A DNA stretch of 64,000 bases from Paragordius varius. Its lineage: Eukaryota; Animalia; Nematomorpha. The notes under the pieces were generated by a model. The model had not been told where the DNA came from and ran no database searches. It was given only the letters and a program-made list of their open reading frames with translations. The stretch covers positions 3,410,001-3,474,000 of the forward strand of contig OZ176050.1 in NCBI GenBank assembly GCA_964247055.1. The letters are read 5' to 3'. The position numbers were made by a program, and so were the translations under genes. Numbering within the stretch: the first letter of the stretch is position 1; every line of letters starts with the position of its first letter. Shown here piece after piece: positions 39,901 through 50,241 of this stretch.

Positions 39901-42900
39901 GAATTTTAATAAAATTGATTGAATAAACATTAAATTTAAAAATTAAAAGTTTAGGGAATATACCCGAATTTCATATATATTTTTTCGACTTATTTAATTA
40001 AAAGGCCCCCTAAAATCTATATAATTTGATATTTTAATGCAATCTTTTTAACGATCCCCAAGCAAAAATATTTTCTAGCATTAAGGGAAAATATTTATTT
40101 TTTAACCTGTTACGCCTGCTGGTGGAGCACTTTCCACGGTTCCGGGTATTACAGTTTCTCCTAAATTAGTATGTTTAGATAATTTTAGTATTTGAAGCAT
40201 AAAAAATTATTTATATGAAACATTTTGACAAAATTAGTTTTCGTAAAAAAACCTGTGGCTGGAAGTTCGCTCCCAGTCACAACAGCCCCAGGAATAACGG
40301 CAGCTTAAATATTTTTCGAAATTAAAAAAATAATTATTTTATAAAAGAACCTTAATACCACATGTAATGTATATATTTAATAAAAAATTGCAAAAGCTAT
40401 AGAATTTATACCTGTGGGTGGAAGTTCTGATCCTTCTACTCCTGGTGTAATGGCCGTTTCTCCCGGAGCTAATATGAAAAATTAATGAATAAGAACACGT
40501 TCAGATTATTATTTGTAAAAAGTGATAATTAAAATTGGGAAAATATAAAATACCTGTGGGAACAGGTGATGCGGTTTCTACTGCTCCAGGTATCACTACA
40601 GTCCCGGGCACTATATTAAAAAATTATATTATAAGTTTATTTTTTAAATAATTACTCCATTTCTGATTTTTATAACCCTTTTTTGTAGTGTATTCCACAT
40701 ATTTTTACATAAGCACAATCATTAATTTATTTAGATACCTTCTGCAATACCTTGTTATTAAATGGTTTAAATATAATTTAACATTTATAATTATGTTTAA
40801 TCTTAATAAGTTTGTAATCCTCGAAAAATAAAACCAACCTGGTGTTGGAGTCTCGGCACCTTCAACGATCCCTGGGACAACAACTGTTCCAGCATCTATA
40901 CATAAAATTAATTATATTTAATATCTGATGATAATTTATAAAAATTAAAATTTTTCCAATTATTTAAAAAAAAATATGAAGTAATTTTTTGATTATTATA
41001 AATATAAATAATTTATAACCTGGTGCCGGTGTTATTGGTGCAGCTTCTACCGTTCCGGGGATAACTTAATATATTTTTTTACAAGATTAAAATGTTTTTC
41101 ACAAAAAATCGGCAAATTAAGAATGTTAAAAACATTTTACCTGTGGGTGTTTCTGCACCTTCCACCACACCGGGGACGACTTCAGCTCCTCCTATGTTAA
41201 TTGTAAAAATTTTAATACTGAATTTACAGGAATAAATATTTTTATAAAAATAGAACCTGGAATGGGCTGTCCTTCCACAGTCCCAGGAATAACAGTGGGT
41301 GGTGCTTAAAATGTAATAAGATTTTATTAATTTTTTGACCATAATTTAAACGGAGAAATCAGGGCTTCGAGCCTAACTAGAACCACATAGATCCGGAACT
41401 CGGTTCCTGAGATTTCAGCAGAACCAGTCCCGATGTTGAAACAGTTACGATTTTACTTACTCAGGAACTACCTCGGTTTCATGAACCAGATCGGTTCCGT
41501 TTCCCCTCCAAAATAAGTAGTTCCCATATGGTTTTATGTTAAAAAATAAAATTATTGTTCAAATTAATATTTTATATTTGTTTAAATAACATTTTCTCTA
41601 GTTTCTCATCAAAATAAAATGAATCATTATTTTGTTGTTTGAATATTGTTTTTTAAAAAAGTTGATTCTTCTTACATCCAATTGAAATAAAATTATTATC
41701 AAATATTTTAATATCTTACCTTTAACGCTTGAAGAACCACATATATAATTTTTTAACGTAGATTTTTTTTAATCAACAGATTGATAACATTTAAGTTATT
41801 AATTATGAATCTAGTAAAAAACCGTAAACTATAGCGTTCATAATCAATACCATAACGAAAAAATTGCACATTATATATATGAGTGACTAAAATAGCGGCA
41901 CATGGGCCGCATGAGACAGTTAAGATATTAAAAATATAAAAATTTTAACATCTAAGGTTACATTAGCGGTTATTTTATGGCTCACTATATAAAAAAAACT
42001 TATCCACGCTAGATCTGGGTAGTATTGCGACAATCGATATGCTTAATACAATTATTTTTTAAAGTTAAAAAAATTTTTTTACATAGATGCAACAAATACA
42101 AATACACTGCTACCCTTGTACTTATACGCTTGGCAATTAAATTTTTAATATGTTTTCATTTACGATTTATTCTGGTTTTTATTGCAATAAAAATGTTATG
42201 TGGAAATCTTTTGAGGAAAAGTCAGGAACCAAAATGGAATCGGTTCCAAATTTAAAGAACCGCTTCCAGAACCCTTAAAATTTTAAGGAACCAACCCGGT
42301 TCCGACTCCGCTTGCTCAGCAGAAACCACACCGGCTCCACACCAAAATTTTAGAAATCCCCCCGGTTCTTTTTAAGTTTCTAGAAACCAACCCGGTTTTG
42401 TTTTCAACAGTTCAGGAACTTCCGGTTCCGGTTCCAATTGAACCGGTGGGAAGCTTTAAAAATCCCTTAATAATATAATATTGTTTGCAATTTTGGCCAA
42501 TTTTTACTCTCCAAAATACGAAAACCTAACCTTCATTAGCAAGCAAATGCCTTTTACATCAAAATTAGAAAAAATATTACTTTGGTACAAATTAAAAATT
42601 ATCTTACCTGCTGTAACTGGTGTTTCGGCTCCTATAACCACAGGTAATGGAACAATAGCGCCTCCTAGTTTATATTTCAAAACAAAATTATTATTTGATC
42701 TCAAGTAAATGTAAAATAATTAATTTTCGTGCATTTTAATAAACAACAGTTTAATAAGATAAGGGGTAAGCATTGCATCAAGTTCAATATTTATGTGAGA
42801 ATTTAATTTGTAACTATTTATTTTAAAAAATTAAATTTAAGGTAATTTTTTAAGAATATTGCATAAAATATGTAGCCAACCTAGTAGCATATTTAACAAA

Positions 42901-45900
42901 AAAACTGTCTTTTATTTGTAAAAACACCCCAAACTTAGTAACTTCAATTTACTGATAATTTAAGGTTTTTTACCAGGTGCAGATGGGACTTCCGTTCCAG
43001 GAACCGGGGTAGCTTCAGCACCTTAATATGAAAAATAGATAGTTGCAAAGCAAATTAGCAAATTAACGTTTTAAATTGTGAGTTTAGGCATTATAATTTT
43101 TGTTCCTATAATTTTGACAAAAAATATATAATTAAAGGTTAAGATTTATTTGTCAAATAATAATATTACCCGGCGACGGTGTCACCTCAGCACCTTCTAC
43201 CGTTCCTGGAACAACGGTTTCACCGGAAGCTGAATATAATAAAATGGGTTTTATTGTAAACAATCATCATTGAAAATACCAAATAATCAGTAAAAATTTG
43301 CTTTGTAATATTGCTTTCTGGTCAAATTTATTCATTATACTAAAAAATTATAGCGTGTATTTATTTCATATTATAAGTTGAATATTTACATAAAATCGGT
43401 AAATTTATAAAAAATTATGTATTCTCCAAACTTATGTATTACCTGGCACTCCAGCGTCAGGGGCGATACCACCAGCACTGATACTAGGAATGGGTGCTAT
43501 TAAAAACGAATGCAATAAAATTTGAGCTTTGATTGTGGTATTTTATAAAAATACATTTTTATATTTACATTAATATCTTTTATTAATACAAGATCATCCG
43601 ATCTTGAAACTTTTTCTTTTTCCTCAAAGTTTCATAGATCGCTATGTATGTAATGAATATATAAATACTTGCACCATCAGGCGTTTTCTCCAACACGACA
43701 GTTATGGTACGACCCGTGTTTTGGGAAACGCATCGATACAGTCCATAATCCTGAGCAGTTATATTCTTGATGACTAGCCGTCCCTCAATAACTACGGCGT
43801 TTGGGGTCATTTGAATGTTTCTTGGACGCGTCCAAGTCACATCACAAACACTGTTTGGTGGTAACACGACACAACTGCATGTAAATTCGACTTCCGATCC
43901 GGGTGGGGCAACAGCCATAGGTGGTTGAGCGACCATTGATCCATCTATATTATAATTGCAGTGTCAGAAAGATAATTAAAGTATGTGCTTTCACCAAGAG
44001 TGAATACTATTTAGATATATGCAATAAGCCAAAAAAGCTTGGATGTCTTAAAGTGGAACTAACTTATTGCGCACATTTACTAATATGAAGTTGGCAATAA
44101 AATTAGTCATTAAAGAATTAAATACCTTACGCCTGTTTTACTACATGTTCAACAACCCATTCAAAGCATAAATTTTGTAAGGACAAAATTTATTAAATTA
44201 TTCAAATTGAGTCAAAATTAATAGATCAATACTAGACCTGGTGAAGGCAAAACTGCACCTCCAATTACTGTTGGAGCACCTGGTTCAGACGGTTGGCCTA
44301 AAAATGGCAAAATATTTATTAAACAATTCATTAAAAAAATATCTTCCATAATTGTGTGTTCAATAGATAAATAACTCACCTTCAGTCAGGACCCCTGGAG
44401 CTGCGGTTACTGTTTCTCCTCCTATTGGAGCTTCTGTTATAGCTGTGTCTCCTACAACCGGTCCGGTAACGACGGTTTCTTGACCTTTATATATAATTTA
44501 ATATTGATGCCATTGAGATAATGATAAAGTAATTGCCTCAATGATATACATTATGATTTTATTTATCTTTCAGAAATTAATATATTGGTTGCCAATCTTT
44601 ATCTGCTTCGAACATGTGAATTTTAGCTATTACTTTGATTGTAAAAATAGTTTATATAATATATATATATATATTAAGAAAGATCTAGATTAACATAAAG
44701 GCTTGATTTAGGATAAGTTTCAAGATACAAATGAATAAGGTTTAAAATTAATATGTAAAAATAAATATAATATCAATATCCCATGATAAATGTAATGGAC
44801 CCTAACGGTTAAATGTAAATAAGAAATACCGCACATTTGCATTTTTTTTCAATTTATAGACTGTATTAGTTTCATAATTTTCCTACCTATAGGAGTTTCT
44901 GTGGCACCAGGTACGATTTCTCCACCAGGACTAGGAGTAACTTCTATTGTGGCTCCCGTGACTACTGTCTCTGGTTCTATAAATATCATTAAAAATGTCA
45001 TGAAATTGACATTATAATTTTTTATCATAAAAAAATTTATGAATAAAAGGCGTTTTTTGCTATGTCATAGTTTGCCGGTCACTAATAATGTCACTTGCAC
45101 ACCCGTATATTTAAATATCAATTTGTGTGTTAACGATCGGCACTCAAAATTATTTCGATAAGAGGGATGCAACAAGAACTATAATATAATCATCGAAAAA
45201 TCATTCTTTTTATAATTATTAAAAACGAAACAATTCGATACATATTCAAAAATGACAGCCCTTTTGTTAATACGGAAATAAATTAAACCTGTTGGTACGC
45301 CAGTGGCTCCTGGAACTACAGAACCATCTGGACCTGTAACTACTCCACCAATTACACTTGGGCCTATTATTATCACATATATATAAAATCGAAATTTGAA
45401 TTCTAATTCTTTAAAAAAGATATTTTCTAATATTAATTTACATACTTGTGGGCGTTCCAACAGTTTCAGGCACTGATCCATCGGGTGTTACAACCTCTCC
45501 GCCTATTACAGTAGGGCTTGGTGCTAAATCAAAATTTTATAAGTTTCCGAAAAATTATCATTCAATACCCTAACTATTTTCATAAATAATTATTAAGTAC
45601 ATTTGGATGAACTTACCTATAGGCGTTACTATTTCTCCTGAGATGGAGCCATCGGGGTTGGTTACAATGCCAGTAATAACAGTCGAAGTTACTAAATTTT
45701 CATAGAAAACAAGCATTTTTTATTTTAAATAAAAACATTTTTGATAGCGTCTGAAAATTTGCGAGTCAAATCAACTGCATGGTTTTTATTAAGGCCACAA
45801 TATATTTTATTAGTATTAACAATCATTTTTTTAGCGTAGGTTTGTATCCAAACCGCTTTTAAATACAAAAATATAAAAATGCATTTAAAATATCTCGTTT

Positions 45901-48900
45901 TTAAATTCTTAACAGTGCATAATTCAAAATAAATTTTTTGAATGTAAATTGTTTAAATAAATATATTAATCTTATTCGCAGCCAATTTTTTCTTTAGATT
46001 TATTTAGATAAATACAACTGGCAAATAAATTGTATATTATGGTTAAAAAATAAAAATAATTATTGTTAAAACGAAGCATTTAAATTACATTTTAGCAGCT
46101 GATTTTTGATATTTATGAATTTAAATCAGGTGTATGTTTCGATCGGGTTTTGAAGCTATCCTAGTTTTAGATTTCCGAAGTTATAAAATATAAAAAATAA
46201 AAGCTTTCTGTCTAATACGGGATCATAATGTTTAATAATAAAGTGTTAACCAGAATAACTTTTGCAGATGGTCAAAGTTTAGGTTACAAAACTCCCCCAA
46301 TCGCCACAAAAAAAATAAGATGGAAGGATGAAAAATTTTAAACTTAAACAACATCCAAATTATGATGTAAAATGTAAAAATAATTTATATAACACAAATA
46401 GAGTCATATTATAAAATCCGTATACCTTCAATGGGAACTGGTGTTTCGGCAATTATTGTAGATCCAGTCACAACGATCGCCCCTATAAACCGAAAGAAAA
46501 TATTTTAACAATGTATTCTATTGTTAAATTTGAAATCTTTATATAAATTGGGACTTATCGGAAGATGTGATTTAATTAATTATTTAATAAAACTACTCAC
46601 TCCGAAATTTTCATTCAATTTATATAATTTAACTTAAGACAAGATAAATCCTAAACTATAATGTTGGTTAAGATTTAATATTTTATATTTGGTTATAAGT
46701 GTAAGAATGTTTATAAATGTCGATATATAAATAAGGCATGTATGAATTTAAGCCAACATACGAGGAGCACTCATGAACTTATAAATGATATCCACAATCG
46801 TGACAAAACTGTTTGTTATTCGAATGAATAAACCAAAGTGTCGTGATTGAAAAACGAAAACTAATTAAATCACCTCTAGATGTGAAAACCAAAATTTTAA
46901 CACATATATACCAGAATTCTGTAATATTCATATGAAAATAATATTGATATTTTTAGTACCGGGAATTTCTGTAGCGCCAGGGGTTCCTCCAGGAGCAACT
47001 ATGAAAAGAATATTTATTATTATATATTTCAAATCAACCAAGTAGGTTTTTTAAAAAAATAACATTTTAAGTTATCATACTTTCAGGTGGGCTTGTTGCG
47101 ACTTCTACTGCGCCAGTTACTAATTGTAACAAAGTAGATTTAAAGATAAACAGTTAAAACATTATTAATATAATATAAATTTTAAAATAGGTTCGAAATC
47201 TTGGTTAAGCATTCTATGGAAATCTAATAAAATTATTTTATAGTATTTATGATTCAACTAATATTCATTAATTTATAAACCTGAAGTTGTAACAATATTA
47301 ATTGGTCGTTGAGTTGTCCGACCTCCGGGTCGTATAATAGGTAAAACATAGTTTTGTCGCCATTGTTGTCCTTTGACTGGAGAGACATATCTTTGCCCAA
47401 AGCCTGAATAAAAACGTTATAAAATATTAATATAAAATCATAAAAACAATATAATTTAGATTTTTTATTATAACTTTATCATACCTCCAGCCGGTCCTTC
47501 AGGACTTCCGTACCCTAATGCGTATAATATATATATATATATATATATATTAGATATGATTATAACAATCCGAATATATTTTGAACTATTTAAAAATGTC
47601 TTTTTAGCTTAACATATTAACAAAAATATTTTGCTTAATATATCTACTAGCCATAATTATAAGTTTTAAATTTATAAAAATACCCAACTTTACCAAAATC
47701 AACATGAAAGTTTTTTTCAATCTAATTTACAATTCCTTTTCTATCATATAATAAATATGACTATGATTAAATTAAATAAATATTTGAATTATATATGTAT
47801 TATACCTGCGCCAAGAGGATTTCCATCAGCATCGTAAATGCCCGCATTTCGAAGATTAATGGTTAATGGCATTAGTTTAGGGTTTCCTGGGGAAAAGCAA
47901 TCATACAAGCCAAAATCTGAAGCTTGCAAATTCGGAATTCTCAGTAGACCCCCGGATACTTGAGCTTGTGGCGGGAGGCCACCAACCCTTTTACGCCATG
48001 CGACTCGATATCCTGCGAAAAAAACGAAAAAAATAAGTAAAAGCTTTTTCGGTTAATATATTATTTAAGTGAAATTAGTTAAAGGCATTTCTATATAACA
48101 CTCAATTATTTATATATTTTAACTTTCCAAGTTTAAACCACATGATATTGGTGTTTTTTTATTATATTTAGCATAATTAGATTGATATGTTAAATATCCA
48201 TCTTTACTTCAAATGAATATAAAAATCTAATAAAATAACAAATTTTGAGTAAAAAGATATTATTTTAAAAAATGATCATTGGATTTCCAAAAAATCTCAA
48301 TCTTAAATTGAACAATACATTTCATTATTAACACAGCTCAGCAAATTTTTAAGTATAATAAAAATTTTTATTCTCATAACAACCTGATCTTTGCGGCGAG
48401 CACTTAAATTCAGCCGTTTCTCCCACTTGTCTTAACATAGTTCCTGACGGATTTACATCAAGCGGAAGAGGGGCATAACCCCCGTTGGGTGGAAATGGGT
48501 CTGGACCCTGAATTGTGGTGTCATATAATATTCCTTGTTGACTATCATAAGGTTCCACAGTTCCTAGCGCATCTTGTGACAAATGTTTGTGTGTATATAA
48601 AATACAGAAATTATTAGATGGTAAAGAGCAATAGTATTAGTTATAATGTTTTTAATTGGTACATATAATTTGCAGTGTTCACATTTATATTGTTTAGTTA
48701 TGGAAAAAAGTGGTTTTATAACACTGTATTACAAATTGAACAATAGTGTGAATGATCCAGCATAAATGTGCATACTGTTATGTGGAAGAATATATTTTTG
48801 GGTTTTCTCATTTCATTTAGGTTAGTTAGAAAAACAAAATACATATTTTGGCTAACAAACAATACCGTATTAATGCATCAAAAACCATATTAAGGTTATG

Positions 48901-50241
48901 TATGACGATTCCGTAAAAAATTATATTCGGTTTTAATATTTAAAAAATACAAATAACTTACAGATTATATATTTTACAGCTAAACTCATTTAAAAAAATA
49001 TTTTATACATTTGTATAAACCGATCTTATTTATGGAGTATATACTGATCGATTCATTCAAAATACCAAGCTCTACAGGGAAAATAAGATATTTATGGCAA
49101 GTTAGTATTTATTCTAAAAATATAATTTGATGTCATAATGTAGTAACTTTGCTTAATCACAATTTTATGCGCTTGGGTTTAGAGCTTAGAAAAGAATATA
49201 AAAACAGAAATATTCAAATCATCTATTAACATTTTTGGGCTTTCTTATTTAAATATATCTAATATATTGTATGATTTAACTTTTGGCGATGAAATTTTAT
49301 TAATATAGTGAATTAGTATTTCGATTTAACTTAATTATGAAATTTTTAATTTCCTGATAAGCTTTAGAACTAAAAGCACCATAAAAATTTAATACAATTT
49401 TTATTAAAATGCAAATAGAGCTTTGCATGCACTGTGACATATATTTATAAAAATTTTATATTTAAATATAACAATTACCATAACAAGCTATGGGCTATTT
49501 TTGTATCTAGTTATGATAAAAAATATTCCTGGTAAAAGATTGTTTAATTCCAATATTTGGGCTAAATGGAGAACCGGCATCGTTCTTAATCTTTATAAAA
49601 AAACTAATTATTTTTTAGGTGCAAAATAATTTTATCATATACTTATCTAAAAATTATAAAATTAAACATATATTTGTAAAACGTTACGTAGACTGTTAAA
49701 CGTTGAGTTTAACCGAATGTATAAGATTTTATCGGTCTGACCGGGTACTATGAATCGATTAGGTCAAAAACCCAAACCTACACATACTAGATTAAGGGAT
49801 CTCATTATTTGGCATATGAAAACACATGAATCAACTCAAAATTTGGATTAATTATTTTTACCGAGGAAAAATTAATGTGAATTCTAATTGAACCAAATTA
49901 TGACTTTACTAACATTTTTCAAATCGGCTTGCCTATTATCCATTTTGTTTCTTCTCGATGTAATTAACAAATTGGGCTTAATAGGTATTTATAATGATTA
50001 CAATTGAAACAACAAATTTGTAGGAAAAACGAGGAGGAGTCATAAAATTATCCCTGAGAGATTCAGAGGGTCTTTTTATACGATTTAATTTATTACAATT
50101 AAATTTAAATTGCATATTTATTAAAGTTAAATTTAATATTTTTCTAATTTTGCATTTATATTATATATGAATTTAGGACATACCAATTTGACTGGTTAGC
50201 AGTAGTATCACAGATATAAAAAATGGGATAAAATGGATCAT
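20388..50241 (-). CDS. Secreted ~2,010-aa protein: signal peptide - Ig - spacer - Ig - ~1,420-aa Pro/Ala/Val/Gly/Thr/Glu low-complexity spacer - Ig; 94 exons, all introns phase 1 (micro-exon gene)
   Basis: Exons in transcript order: 50241-50184, 48572-48384, 48012-47806, 47514-47485, 47403-47281, 47119-47081, 46998-46960, 46482-46426, 45691-45617, 45523-45446, 45363-45289, 44976-44887, 44484-44380, 44297-44238, 43944-43669, 43496-43443, 43229-43170, 43021-42974, 42664-42608, 41304-41257, 41191-41141, 41064-41020, 40895-40839, 40610-40554, 40468-40412, 40303-40253, 40160-40107, 39886-39824, 39727-39671, 39436-39392, 39328-39269, 39210-39151, 39030-38965, 38797-38738, 38589-38536, 38396-38346, 38154-38095, 37898-37839, 37658-37599, 37470-37417, 37279-37232, 37038-36979, 36792-36736, 36636-36580, 36497-36441, 36356-36291, 35556-35497, 35036-34983, 34834-34790, 34608-34507, 34437-34411, 34337-34308, 34216-34184, 34077-34030, 33798-33757, 33628-33578, 33501-33451, 33166-33128, 32116-32081, 31966-31925, 31546-31508, 31424-31392, 31314-31282, 31101-31060, 29816-29784, 29512-29471, 29327-29298, 29184-29143, 29039-29001, 28870-28829, 28374-28327, 27596-27552, 25983-25930, 25832-25782, 25677-25630, 25563-25516, 25413-25372, 25281-25237, 24888-24838, 24713-24648, 24294-24244, 24118-24086, 23311-23210, 23100-23044, 22943-22911, 22836-22744, 22594-22538, 22462-22385, 22291-22205, 22079-22002, 21892-21773, 21536-21375, 21118-21068, 20656-20388. 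Each is a GC-richer island bounded by AG/GT in ~80% AT introns. The sum is 6039 nt with no internal stop. The first exon, MIHFIPFFISVILLLTSQI-G|gtatgt, is the best upstream candidate and is less certain. Manual count; a few exons could be missed or have alternative donors. Confidence 0.88.
23450..23885. mobile_element. Fragment of the GAACCGGTTC-motif element family in an intron
   Basis: gaactggaaccgttttttggctccggccgattctggttc at one end and gtaccggttccatataaaccacttcggtttt at the other, with similarity to 41440-41600. Confidence 0.4.
29885..31010. mobile_element. Intronic MITE/foldback-like element with ~150-bp terminal inverted repeats and internal inverted repeats
   Basis: 29885-30030 (cagtgtgaaaaaaa...atgagataccttataaccagcgaattcctttgcc...aaatcgaaattggacaaa) is the reverse complement of 30880-31010. 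Internal IR: tttcatgagtgtataa / ttatacactcataaa. Confidence 0.6.
32360..33090. mobile_element. Second, left-truncated copy of the 29885-31010 element
   Basis: Collinear with 30290-31010 at an offset of about 2.07 kb. Ends ttttttggacacagtg-ta, a Tc1/mariner-like terminus. Confidence 0.55.
36745..38995 (-). repeat. Tandem duplication of a ~1.12-kb block containing five exons and their introns
   Basis: Exon pairs 36979/38095, 37232/38346, 37417/38536, 37599/38738 and 37839/38965 (offsets 1114-1139), with clearly alignable introns. Confidence 0.9.
41365..42455. mobile_element. Intronic copy of the GAACCGGTTC-motif element
   Basis: Both ends are dense in gaaccggttcc variants. The interior (cttacctttaacgcttgaagaaccac; tatagcg; ttagcggtt) matches 17600-18130 and 3560-3770/6230-6380. 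Confidence 0.6.
43669..43944 (-). other. Ig-like domain 2 (single 276-nt exon)
   Basis: PPGSEVEFTCSC...DVTWTRP...GRLVIKNITAQDYGLYRC. Confidence 0.9.
47806..48572 (-). other. Ig-like domain 1 (split over two exons)
   Basis: RQVGETAEFKCSPQRS|GYRVAWRKRVGGLPPQAQVSGGLLRIPNLQASDFGLYDC. The LP..A.V.GG.L.I pattern is reminiscent of perlecan-type Ig repeats (resemblance only). Confidence 0.9.

Noticed and set aside
20388-50241. Calling the large gene perlecan, hemicentin, titin or elastin
   Set aside because: It has only three Ig domains and no LamG, LDLa, EGF, Fn3 or Lys-Ala cross-link domains. The similarities are architectural, so no gene symbol is given.
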